Assembly: GCA_963809715.1 (NCBI GenBank)
Contig: CAWEKO010000002.1
Coordinates: 189,665-253,664 of the forward strand
From: an uncultured Acidimicrobiaceae bacterium
GTDB taxonomy: Bacteria; Actinomycetota; Acidimicrobiia; Acidimicrobiales; RAAP-2
Direction: 5' to 3'
Length of the DNA stretch: 64,000 bases
The first letter of the stretch is position 1, and every line of letters begins with the position of its first letter. The notes under the pieces were generated by a model. That model made no database searches and was not told where the DNA came from. It saw only the letters and a list, made by a program, of their open reading frames with translations. The position numbers were made by a program, and so were the translations under genes. Of this stretch, positions 54,420 to 63,237 are shown piece by piece.

Positions 54420-55166
54420 TCACCCCGCGACAACGAGTCGGTAGCCCAAGTCGAGCGCGTCGCACGACAGGAGGTCGGCATGGCGTTCTTGCCACGCCCC
54501 GCTGTCGAGGTCTGCTGCCAGCGCGGCCACCCCGCGGGCAACCACCGCAGGATCGGCCAGGGCCAGTCCCGAGCAGTTCGCCCGTACGGCTGGGTCCAGG
54601 TATGCCTCGGGCCGGCGCCAGTAAGCCCCCAGCACGCCGTCGACCATGTCGACCGGCACGAGGAGTGGCACCGTCGTCGTGGCCCCGATGGCGGTCGCGA
54701 TCTCGGTGGCGTCCGGTCCGAGGCTCCGGGTGAAGTCGCCCACCTCGGGTAGGTAGTCCTGGAGCAGCCAGAAGGAGGCGTGCAGATCGAAGTCGATTCC
54801 GAGGACGAGTTGTCGGGATGCCACCCGGCACATCTCGGCCAGGCCGCCGGACCAGTCGTCCCAATGGTGCACGGTGAGGATGGCCATGGTCACGTCTGCG
54901 CACCCTGAGGGGAGGGGGAGAGCCGCCCCGCTGGCCCGCACGACCGGGGCGGAACCCGCCGGGCGCTGACTGACCATGACGCTGGAGGGGTCCACGGCCA
55001 GGACCGACCGGCCCGATGGCTCATAGGACCCGGTGCCGGCACCGACATTGACGATCAGGTCGGCCGCGCCGAGGTGCTCGAAGATCACCGCCTCCCAGCG
55101 CGGGTCGGCGCGCCGGTGGGCGACGTAGCCCTGCCCGATGGTGTCGTAGACGGGCGAGGTGGTCAT
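54420..55166 (-). CDS. class I SAM-dependent methyltransferase
   Basis: LIVNVGAGTGSYEP motif I and ILTVHHW. Confidence 0.8.
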   Translation of the reverse strand: MTTSPVYDTIGQGYVAHRRADPRWEAVIFEHLGAADLIVNVGAGTGSYEPSGRSVLAVDPSSVMVSQRPAGSAPVVRASGAALPLPSGCADVTMAILTVHHWDDWSGGLAEMCRVASRQLVLGIDFDLHASFWLLQDYLPEVGDFTRSLGPDATEIATAIGATTTVPLLVPVDMVDGVLGAYWRRPEAYLDPAVRANCSGLALADPAVVARGVAALAADLDSGAWQERHADLLSCDALDLGYRLVVAG

Positions 55167-55176
55167 GCGTGTCTGC

Positions 55177-56388
55177 TCAGGCGGCCGACTTCTCCAAAAT
55201 GTGGATGCCGCAGGCCGAACCGAGGCCGATGACGTGGGTCAGGCCGACCTTGGCCCCGGGGATCTGGCGGTCTCCCGCCTCGCCCCGCAGATGCGTGGCC
55301 ACCTCCCAGACGTTGGCGATCCCGGTTGCCGCAATGGGGTGACCCTTGGACTCCAGGCCACCGGACACGTTGACCGGGGTCTTGCCGTCGCGCCAGGTGG
55401 CGCCCGAAGAGAAGAAGTCGGCCGCACCGCCGCGCTCGCACAGCCCGAGGTTGTCGTAGTGCACCAGCTCGGCCGTGGCGAAGCAGTCGTGCAGTTCCAC
55501 CAGATTCAGGTCCTGGGGACTCACGCCCGCCTGCTCGTAGGCCTGAGCCGCCGCGTTGCGAGTGAGGTCGTTCACGTTGGGCAGCACCTGGCACGCCTCT
55601 TCCCACGGGTCCGTGGTCAGGATGGAGGCCGAGATCTTCACCGCACGCTTCTGCTGCTCGAGCGACAGCGTCTTGAGCTTGGAGCCCGACACCACGACGG
55701 CCGCCGCCGCACCGTCGCAGTTGGCCGAGCACATCGGCCGCGTGTTCGGGTAGGCGATCATCACGTCGTTCATGATCTCGTCCAGCGTCATCTTCTTGGT
55801 GTAGGCCGCCAGCGGATTCAGCGTGGAGTGGGCGTGGTTCTTCTCGCTGATCTTGGCGAAGAGCTCGAAGCTGGTGCCGCCGTAGCGATGTCCGTACTCC
55901 AGGCCGATCTGAGCGAAGACGCCCGGCATCGTCTCCGTACCGATCCGACCGTCCACCGGTGCCACCGCGCCGAAGCGACCGTGTGGGGTGTAGGTGTTCG
56001 AGTCCGATCCGCGGCTCCCGCCGGCCAGCAGCCCGGCACCGGCCAGCTTCTCGACGCCGACGGCCAGACCCATGTCGACCTCGCCCGCCTTGATGGCCAT
56101 GCAGGCCACCCGGAGGGCCGTGGCGCCGGTCGCGCAGGCGTTCGAGACGTTGTAGACGGGGATCCCGGTCTGGCCCAGCTGCTTCTGGATCATCTGCCCG
56201 GTCGGGGCCATGGCCATCATGAGGTTGCCGGCACCGATGATGCCGATGTCCTTCATGGTCACGCCGCCGTCGGCCAGCGCGCCCCGCGCCGCCTCAGCCC
56301 CCAGGTCGACCAGGTCCTTGTCAGGGTGCTTGCCGAACTTCGTCATGTGGATGCCCAGGACCCACAACTCCTCGGATGCCGATGCCAT
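55177..56388 (-). CDS. thiolase-fold lipid-transfer protein (SCP-x-type thiolase)
   Basis: YNVSNACATGATALR nucleophile context, ELHDCFA, and GGLESKGHPIAATG. Confidence 0.88.
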   Translation of the reverse strand: MASASEELWVLGIHMTKFGKHPDKDLVDLGAEAARGALADGGVTMKDIGIIGAGNLMMAMAPTGQMIQKQLGQTGIPVYNVSNACATGATALRVACMAIKAGEVDMGLAVGVEKLAGAGLLAGGSRGSDSNTYTPHGRFGAVAPVDGRIGTETMPGVFAQIGLEYGHRYGGTSFELFAKISEKNHAHSTLNPLAAYTKKMTLDEIMNDVMIAYPNTRPMCSANCDGAAAAVVVSGSKLKTLSLEQQKRAVKISASILTTDPWEEACQVLPNVNDLTRNAAAQAYEQAGVSPQDLNLVELHDCFATAELVHYDNLGLCERGGAADFFSSGATWRDGKTPVNVSGGLESKGHPIAATGIANVWEVATHLRGEAGDRQIPGAKVGLTHVIGLGSACGIHILEKSAA

Positions 56389-56393
56389 GGTGC

Positions 56394-56792
56394 TTAACCT
56401 CCCAGTGGTTCGAAACCGAAGCCGACGGCCTCGGTTCCTTCGTCGTCGGTGCCGATCACTTCGGTGGCCAGTCGCACCTTCATGCCGGTCGTCACATGCT
56501 CGGGATCGGGCGTGACGTTGATCAGGTTGGCCCGGACGCTCGTGCCGTCACAGTCGACCACGGCGGCCACGAAGGGCACCGGGACGCCGGGGGCGGCGAA
56601 GCTGACGATGGTGAAGGTCCGCACCTCGCCCGTGGTCGGCACGTCGACCTTCTTGAACTCGGTTCCCTCGCAGGAGGCGCACGCGTTGCGGCGGTCGAAG
56701 AAGCGCGCCCCACAGGACGTGCATTCGTTGGCCACCAGATGAGGGTTCTCACCCAGCGTCAGGTAGTCCACCAGTGGAATCTGTTGCGCCAT
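56394..56792 (-). CDS. DUF35 OB-fold / zinc-ribbon protein (thiolase partner)
   Basis: CTSCGARFFDRRNACASC rubredoxin-like ribbon, then an OB fold. GGGGGA RBS before ATG 56792. The 512-aa ORF is a spurious extension. Confidence 0.85.
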   Translation of the reverse strand: MAQQIPLVDYLTLGENPHLVANECTSCGARFFDRRNACASCEGTEFKKVDVPTTGEVRTFTIVSFAAPGVPVPFVAAVVDCDGTSVRANLINVTPDPEHVTTGMKVRLATEVIGTDDEGTEAVGFGFEPLGG

Positions 56793-56990
56793 CTGTCCCC
56801 CAAATTCGGGTCGAAAGAGGGTCCTCAACCTATCGGCGCCCCGGAGGGCGGGCCAATCGGTACCGGGGTCCACACTAGGGGTGCGACCTCGGATTTCAGG
56901 CCGTGGGCCTGACCTGGCCGGAAGCAAGCCGGTGCCGACCACGCTCGGGTACCGGTGCGGCGGGGAGGTCGGCCCGATAGGTTTTTCTCC

Positions 56991-57962
56991 ATGCGCTACA
57001 CACACCTGGGCCGCACCGGCCTCCGCGTCAGTCGCCTCTGCCTCGGGACGATGAACTTCGGACCCGAGACCGACGAGGCCACCTCCTTCGCCATCATGGA
57101 TTCGGCGCTCGACGCCGGGATCAACTTCTTCGACTCGGCCAACGTCTACGGGCGCTCCGTCGGCCGAGGCGCCACCGAGGAGATCGTCGGACGCTGGTTC
57201 GCCCAGGGCGGTGGTCGGCGCGAAAAGGTGGTCATCGCCACCAAGCTCTACGGCGACATGGGGGAGTGGCCCAACGAGGGACGGCTCTCCGCGCTCAACA
57301 TCAGGCGGGCCTGCGACGCCAGCCTGAAGCGTCTTCAGACCGACTACCTCGACCTCTACCAGATGCACCACATCGACCGTCACAGCGGATGGGACGAGAT
57401 CTGGGGCGCCATGGAGGTCCTGCGCAACCAGGGGAAGATTCTCTACGCCGGTTCGTCCAACTTCGCCGGCTGGCACATCGCCCAGGCTCAGGAGGCGGCC
57501 GCCCGGCGCAACTTCATGGGCCTGGTCAGTGAGCAGTCGATCTACAACCTCATCGTGCGCAACATCGAGGCCGAGGTGTTGCCGGCCGCCGAGGCCTACG
57601 GACTCGGGGTGATCCCGTGGTCTCCGCTGCAGGGCGGTCTCCTCGGTGGGGTCGTGCGCAAGGAACGCGAAGGCAGCCGCCGCTACGCCGGCCGGGCCGC
57701 CGAGACGATCGAGAACAGGCGCGCCCAGCTCGAGGCCTACGAGGACCTGTGTGCCGAAATCGGTGAGGATCCCGGCACCGTCGGGTTGGCCTGGCTGTTG
57801 ACCCGCCCCGCCGTGACCGGACCGATCGTGGGACCCCGCACGCCCGAGCACCTCGACTCGGCCATTCGCGCCGTCGACGTCACCCTCGACGAGAAGGTGC
57901 TCACCCGGCTCGACGAGCTCTTCCCGGGCCACAAGACGGCGCCCGAGGACTACGCCTGGTAG
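56991..57962 (+). CDS. aldo/keto reductase
   Basis: MRYTHLGRTGLRVSRLCLGTMNFG, FFDSANVYG, LDLYQMHHID and GVIPWSPLQGGLL. Confidence 0.9.
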   Translation: MRYTHLGRTGLRVSRLCLGTMNFGPETDEATSFAIMDSALDAGINFFDSANVYGRSVGRGATEEIVGRWFAQGGGRREKVVIATKLYGDMGEWPNEGRLSALNIRRACDASLKRLQTDYLDLYQMHHIDRHSGWDEIWGAMEVLRNQGKILYAGSSNFAGWHIAQAQEAAARRNFMGLVSEQSIYNLIVRNIEAEVLPAAEAYGLGVIPWSPLQGGLLGGVVRKEREGSRRYAGRAAETIENRRAQLEAYEDLCAEIGEDPGTVGLAWLLTRPAVTGPIVGPRTPEHLDSAIRAVDVTLDEKVLTRLDELFPGHKTAPEDYAW

Positions 57963-58034
57963 CGGAACCTGAGATTTGTTACGCGGGGGATATCCCGAGA
58001 ACCGGCCTTTGCAACAGAGTGTCTGACCGAACCG

Positions 58035-59228
58035 TTACGAGCAGGCGGCTGCCGACGTGGTGAAGGTCCCCTGATCCGAGTACCACGTCTTCTTCACTCC
58101 GATGCTCGGGCTCTGGTGAAAGAACCAGGAGAAAAAGGCGAGCTCTTGGGGATGGTAGGTGAACCCGCCCACGGTGTCGGCAAAATTCTTCCCCGAGAGC
58201 GGATCGCCGACCTCCAGGTTGGACTGACAACCGGACACCTGGCCGATGTGGCCCCACAGGTTCGTTGCGTTGTCAATGAACGGGTCATTCTGCCACTCGG
58301 CCACCTCGTGGGAGAGAGGTGCGATGTCCGGGGCCGCAAATTTGGAACTGTTGTCGTAGTCCGCCACGGCGTAGGTCTGGGTCACGCCGGTCGAAGGCGC
58401 ATAGGCGCTGTGATACCCGAGGTAGCAGCAGTTCGATGTGGTGCCGTCGTACGCCACCACGTTGTGCAGCAAGAAGATCGGCAGGGTGTTCGCCGCCACG
58501 CCCTGCGAGGCCAGTGACGGTATGAGGGTGGTCTGGAGGTAGTTGTCCAGCCAACCGAAATCGACCGCACCGAGCAGGCCGTTCCCGCAAGGAACACCTG
58601 TGGAGAACGCGGTATCGGCATCCGGCACGTTGACGACTTGTGGTGCCAGCGTGGTCAAGGCGAGGGCGACACCGTAGGTCGGGTCGACCCCGGTGGGCTT
58701 GGCGTACTTCCAGAATTCGGCACGCTGGAAGGCATCGGTCACCTGGCTGGTCCCTATTGACTTGCCCCCCCAGGTCCAGGGCTGACTGACGAAGATCGGT
58801 GACTCCTGGGTGCGGGCCAGCGGGCTGGCACCAGAGTCACAGCTGTCGGCGGACGTTGGATCCCAGGTGTCCCCGTAGGAGAACTTGATGACGAGCGGGA
58901 CGAGAAGGGTCTTGACCGTGGTCAGTCCGTTCGCTTGCGCCTTCGACGGGTTCTTTCCCACCATGGTGTAGGTAAACGTGCTCGTCCCGTCCACCACCTG
59001 GGCCGTGAAGTGCATCGGCGACGTGGTACTTGTCGCGCTGGTCGCCGCTGGCGTGCCAACCGTGTTCTTCACCCCGGGGTCGTAGAGCGGCGTCGACGGG
59101 ACATGCCCGATGACGCCGACGGTGTTCGCCGCCGAAGCCTGCAGGTTTGAGGGCAGCGCCACCGCCGTGCCGATTCCGATGGCCATCGCTGCCGTTCCAG
59201 CAACGCGCGCCCAGGTCCGCCGAACCAT
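58035..59228 (-). CDS. secreted protein of unknown function
   Basis: Signal peptide MVRRTWARVAGTAAMAIGIGTAVALPSNLQASA. Thr/Ser/Asn/Tyr/Trp-rich mature part with conserved-looking CCYLGYHSAY and LSHEVAEWQNDPF. TAAGGAG RBS. Confidence 0.75.
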   Translation of the reverse strand: MVRRTWARVAGTAAMAIGIGTAVALPSNLQASAANTVGVIGHVPSTPLYDPGVKNTVGTPAATSATSTTSPMHFTAQVVDGTSTFTYTMVGKNPSKAQANGLTTVKTLLVPLVIKFSYGDTWDPTSADSCDSGASPLARTQESPIFVSQPWTWGGKSIGTSQVTDAFQRAEFWKYAKPTGVDPTYGVALALTTLAPQVVNVPDADTAFSTGVPCGNGLLGAVDFGWLDNYLQTTLIPSLASQGVAANTLPIFLLHNVVAYDGTTSNCCYLGYHSAYAPSTGVTQTYAVADYDNSSKFAAPDIAPLSHEVAEWQNDPFIDNATNLWGHIGQVSGCQSNLEVGDPLSGKNFADTVGGFTYHPQELAFFSWFFHQSPSIGVKKTWYSDQGTFTTSAAACS

Positions 59229-59512
59229 GTGATCTCCTTACGCAAGCCACACGGAGAGGACCGATCACGAGGCTCGCCCGGACCCGCGATTTCGCTGGTT
59301 GTTTGGGCATGGTGGCATGTCCTCCGGGGCCGGTCAATCAGAGTTGCACGGACCCTGTCACCGGCAAGTTCTCTGGCGGGACGGAGGCCCGTGTCACCAG
59401 AACCGCGTCGGATCCGGCCCGGGCATGTGTCGAGTTCGCTGGCGCCGGAGACCACGGGACTCGTCGACAAGTCGAGGACGGGCTCGGCCACCGCTCCGCC
59501 GTCAGACGGCCG

Positions 59513-61750
59513 TTAGGGCCGGACCGAACCGGCCATCTCTGGTTCGGGTCCCGAGCCGGGGAGTGCGTTGGCCGCCAGATCGTCCGCGTCCACCGAGACG
59601 TGGGGCAGGACGCGGTCGAGCCAACCCGGTAGCCACCAGTTGGCCTTGCCGAACATCATCATGAGGGAGGGCACGACGGCCATCCGGATCAGGACGGCGT
59701 CCACCAGAACGCCGGCGGCCAAGCCGATGCCGAACTCCTTGATCACCCGCTCGCCCCCGAGGATGAAGGAGGCGAAGACGAGGATCATGATGAGCGCGGC
59801 CGCCGTGATCGTCTTGCCGGTGGCAGCCAGGCCGTTGCGCACCGCCATCTTGTTGTCGCCGCCCGACTTGATGTACTCCTCGTGGATGCGTGAGACGAGG
59901 AACACCTGATAGTCCATGGACAGGCCGAACAGGATGGCGAAGAGCATGACCGGTAAGAACGCCTCGACCGGGCTGGTGCCGCTGAGGCCGATGATCGACC
60001 CGCCGTCGCCCCACTGGAACACGGCGACCAGGATGCCGAAGGCCGCCCCGATGGAGAGCAGGTTCATCACGGCCGCCGTGAGCGGGATGAGGAGCGAACG
60101 GAAGACCATCATCAGCAGGAGGAACGAGACCAGCACCACCAATCCGATGAAGAGCGGCAGCTTCGAGCTGAGGACGTTCGCGAAGTCGATGAAGATGGCC
60201 GTGTTCCCGCCGACGAGCAGGTCGAGTCCGGAATGGCCCACCGCAGCAGGGATGGTGTCGGAACGCAGGTGGTTGACCAGGTCGGTCGTGGCCGCGTCCT
60301 GGGGCGACGTGGTCGGGAAGACGTTCATCAGCATGACGTCGCCGCCGCCCGTCTTGCTCGGGATGTAGGTGGGCACCGGCGGGGCCGCCACGCCCGGTTG
60401 CTGGGCGATGTCAGCCGCCACCCTGTTGATCACCGCGTGCTGGTCCGGCTGGACCACGCCGACCACCATCAGGGGACCTGTGTAACCCGGTCCGAAGCCG
60501 TGCGAAAGCATGTCGAAGGCGACGCGGGTCGGCGTGCCCGCCGGGTCGGTGCCCTGGTCGGCCGAGCCGAGCTGGAGGGAGAAAAACGGCAGGGCCAGGG
60601 CGATGATCGCGGCCAAGGCGACGGAGGCCGACAACCAGGGCCGACGCTGGACCCTGTCGGCCCAATTCGGCCAGAACCCCTTGCTGTCGGCGCCCACGAT
60701 GCGGGGGCCGTTGAGGGCCAGGTTCTTCTTCTGGGTGCGGCTCATCACCTTGGGCCCGATGAAGCCGAGCATGGCCGGGAGCAGCGTGAGGGCCGCCACC
60801 ATCGTGAGGGCGACGCCGACTGCCGCGGCCAGGGCCAATCCGTAGAGGAAGCTCACCCCGATGGCGAACATGCCCAGAAGGGCGATGCAGACGATGATCC
60901 CGGCGAACAGGACGGCTCGGCCGGAGGTGTTGACCGCGTTGATGATGGAGGACTCGACGTCGCGCCCCGCCACCAGGCCCTGGCGATGTCTCGTCACGAT
61001 GAAGAGCGCGTAGTCCACGCCGACGCCCAGGCCGATGAGCAGCATGACCTCCGGAGCGATGGACGGCATGCCAAGGGCATGGCTCAGGAGGCCGATCACG
61101 CCGACCGCGGTACCGAGCGCGAGCAGGGCCGAGAGAATGGGCAGGATGGCCGCGTAGAACGAACCGAAGACCAGCAGGAGGACGATCAGGGCAAGGACGA
61201 CGCCAAGCAGCGTGCTGCTGAACGAAGGGTTGTTGGCGTTCTCGGCCAGCGGGCCGGTCACGGCCACGGTGAGCCCGTCGCCCGACGCGTGGGTCACCGT
61301 GTCGACGAATTTCTTCGCCTCGGCATTCGTCAGTTGGTTCGGTGTCTTGTCGAAGTCCACCTCGAACCAGCCGACGGTCTTGTCGTGGTTGATGTTGGCC
61401 GTATTGACGAGATTCCCGGACGAGTCGTAGGGACTCTGCACTGCCGATACGTTGGGTAACGCGTCGATCTTCTGCACCATGGTGTTGATGCGCTGGCCCA
61501 CGGCAGAGTCGGACACGCTGCCCCCGTCCGCGGTTCCGAAGACGACCTGCTCCGTGTCACCCGAGCGCGCCGGCGCCACCGACTTGAGCAGGTTGATGGC
61601 GTCGAACGACTGGGTGTGCGGAAAGTTGAAGTTGTCCGAGTACGCCGTCCCGACCGACTTCACGGCGAAGATGGACACGACGAGCACGGCGATCCACAAC
61701 AAGACGACGAGGCGGCGATGACGGACACACCACCCTGCGAGGGTGCGCAT
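59513..61750 (-). CDS. MMPL family (RND superfamily) transporter
   Basis: Two 6-TM bundles with large loops. GVGVDYALFIVTRHRQ and GLSMDYQVFLVSRIHEEY motifs. Confidence 0.9.
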   Translation of the reverse strand: MRTLAGWCVRHRRLVVLLWIAVLVVSIFAVKSVGTAYSDNFNFPHTQSFDAINLLKSVAPARSGDTEQVVFGTADGGSVSDSAVGQRINTMVQKIDALPNVSAVQSPYDSSGNLVNTANINHDKTVGWFEVDFDKTPNQLTNAEAKKFVDTVTHASGDGLTVAVTGPLAENANNPSFSSTLLGVVLALIVLLLVFGSFYAAILPILSALLALGTAVGVIGLLSHALGMPSIAPEVMLLIGLGVGVDYALFIVTRHRQGLVAGRDVESSIINAVNTSGRAVLFAGIIVCIALLGMFAIGVSFLYGLALAAAVGVALTMVAALTLLPAMLGFIGPKVMSRTQKKNLALNGPRIVGADSKGFWPNWADRVQRRPWLSASVALAAIIALALPFFSLQLGSADQGTDPAGTPTRVAFDMLSHGFGPGYTGPLMVVGVVQPDQHAVINRVAADIAQQPGVAAPPVPTYIPSKTGGGDVMLMNVFPTTSPQDAATTDLVNHLRSDTIPAAVGHSGLDLLVGGNTAIFIDFANVLSSKLPLFIGLVVLVSFLLLMMVFRSLLIPLTAAVMNLLSIGAAFGILVAVFQWGDGGSIIGLSGTSPVEAFLPVMLFAILFGLSMDYQVFLVSRIHEEYIKSGGDNKMAVRNGLAATGKTITAAALIMILVFASFILGGERVIKEFGIGLAAGVLVDAVLIRMAVVPSLMMMFGKANWWLPGWLDRVLPHVSVDADDLAANALPGSGPEPEMAGSVRP

Positions 61751-61840
61751 TAAAAAAATCTCCTCGGATGGGGCGGACGCCGCCGGGGATCGGCGTCACG
61801 AGATTGTGGATCTTACCGCCACCGGGGGCAACCTTCGAAA

Positions 61841-62314
61841 TCACCCCGCCCCACTGAAGTGGGCCAACGCGTTGAGCACCGGCACGGCCAGGCGGTCCGC
61901 GGAGGTGGCCGAACGGGCGACCAGACGACCGGCCAGGATCGGGTGGTGCTCGGGGATCGCGAAGAATTCACGTTCACGCAAGGTGAGGAGGGTTACCGGC
62001 GACAGCGCCACGACCGCGATGGGAGAGGGCCGCCGGTTGAGCAGCGAGTGCTCGGACCACGAGTCGCCCCGGCCCAAGAGCCCTATGGGCGTGCCGTCGC
62101 GCTGGACGATGGCGTGCCCGCCCACGAGCAGGTGCCACAGACGGACCGGCACGTCCTGCGCCTGGATCACCTGCCCCGGGTGGGCCGTGCACACGTCGCA
62201 GGCCGCCGCGATCTGGTCCAGCTCGTCGACCGGCAGGCCCGAGAAGAGGGCGAGCCTGCGCAGGCCGACCGTAGGGTCCTCGTCCGTGCTGCGTGGGGGA
62301 GTGTGCGTGGCCAT
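61841..62314 (-). CDS. stand-alone cyclic nucleotide-binding domain protein
   Basis: LALFSGLPVDELDQIAAA...AHPGQVIQAQD...GLLGRGDSWSEHSLL...VVALSPVTLLTL is a cNMP beta-barrel pattern. No effector domain is attached. Confidence 0.78.
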   Translation of the reverse strand: MATHTPPRSTDEDPTVGLRRLALFSGLPVDELDQIAAACDVCTAHPGQVIQAQDVPVRLWHLLVGGHAIVQRDGTPIGLLGRGDSWSEHSLLNRRPSPIAVVALSPVTLLTLREREFFAIPEHHPILAGRLVARSATSADRLAVPVLNALAHFSGAG

Positions 62315-62316
62315 GG

Positions 62317-62781
62317 TCAGTGGTCCATCACCGAACTGCGCGGCGGCTCACCGCCCATGCGCTGGTGATGATGGCGATGGTGCCCGTTGAAGTTCCGCCA
62401 CAGGAAGAAGCCGACGATCGCGAAGAGGAACCACGGCACGTGGTAAAGGGGATAGAAGGGCACGGTGGCGCCGACGACGAGGGCGAGGAAGGCCAATAGC
62501 AAGAGCACCGGCAGAATGCGCCGACGCCGCGGTGGCGGTGGTGGTGGATCGCTGTGCAGGTGGGGCAGGTCGTGGAACAGCCCGTTGAGGTCGCCCCGCG
62601 TGGTGGCCGACATGGCGGTGTCGAGGCGGTTCTTGAACTCCGTCTCGTCGAGGCGGCCCTCTGCGTAGTGGCGGGACAGCTTGTCGGCGACGGCATTGCG
62701 CTCGTCGTCCGAGGCCCGCATCGAGGTGTCGGAGAAGTCCCGTCGCCCCATCGGGTAGGCGGGGTCCCAGCGGTAGCGCAT
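62317..62781 (-). CDS. DUF1707 domain membrane protein with poly-Pro and His-rich tail
   Basis: MRASDDERNAVADKLSRHYAEGRLDETEFKNRLDTAMSATTRGDLNGLFHDLP. AAGGAG RBS 6 nt before ATG 62781. Confidence 0.75.
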   Translation of the reverse strand: MRYRWDPAYPMGRRDFSDTSMRASDDERNAVADKLSRHYAEGRLDETEFKNRLDTAMSATTRGDLNGLFHDLPHLHSDPPPPPPRRRRILPVLLLLAFLALVVGATVPFYPLYHVPWFLFAIVGFFLWRNFNGHHRHHHQRMGGEPPRSSVMDH

Positions 62782-62846
62782 CACAGCTCCTTGGTCGTCG
62801 GTGGGTTGGGTGGTCGGGGGGTTGGGTCGTCGTGCGTAGCGGAGGC

Positions 62847-63152
62847 TCAGTACGCCCCGCGGGCCCGTTCCCGGGCCAGCAGCTCCTCGGCGACCGAGAG
62901 GTCTGTGTCCTCGTCGGGGATCAGGAGCCAGCCGGCCAGGTAGAGCGGCACGGCCAGGCCGCCGACGAAGGCCAGCGCGACGAAGCCGATACGGACGATC
63001 GTCGGATCGACGTCGAAGTAGTCGGCCAGCCCGGAGGCGACGCCGGCGACCATGCGGCCGCGACCGCCACGGTGCAGGCGGAGTTCCTGCCCGTTGGGGG
63101 GGATCTGGTCGGAGGCTGGGGCTCCAGTGGTTTCGTGCGGAGTCGTGTCCAT
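62847..63152 (-). CDS. PspC domain protein
   Basis: RLHRGGRGRMVAGVASGLADYFDVDPTIVRIGFVALAFVGGLAVPLYLAGWLLIP. Confidence 0.8.
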   Translation of the reverse strand: MDTTPHETTGAPASDQIPPNGQELRLHRGGRGRMVAGVASGLADYFDVDPTIVRIGFVALAFVGGLAVPLYLAGWLLIPDEDTDLSVAEELLARERARGAY

Positions 63153-63237
63153 GGAGCCAGAGTGAACCCCTGGCTGAGATGGGGAAATCCGGCATCACCC
63201 TGGTCCGACCCTGACCACGGACCCCGAGCCCTCAGGG

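Noticed and set aside
56793-57932. Upstream 380 codons of ORF 56394-57932 (minus)
   Set aside because: It is antisense to the aldo/keto reductase. The DUF35 protein has its own RBS and an ATG at 56792.
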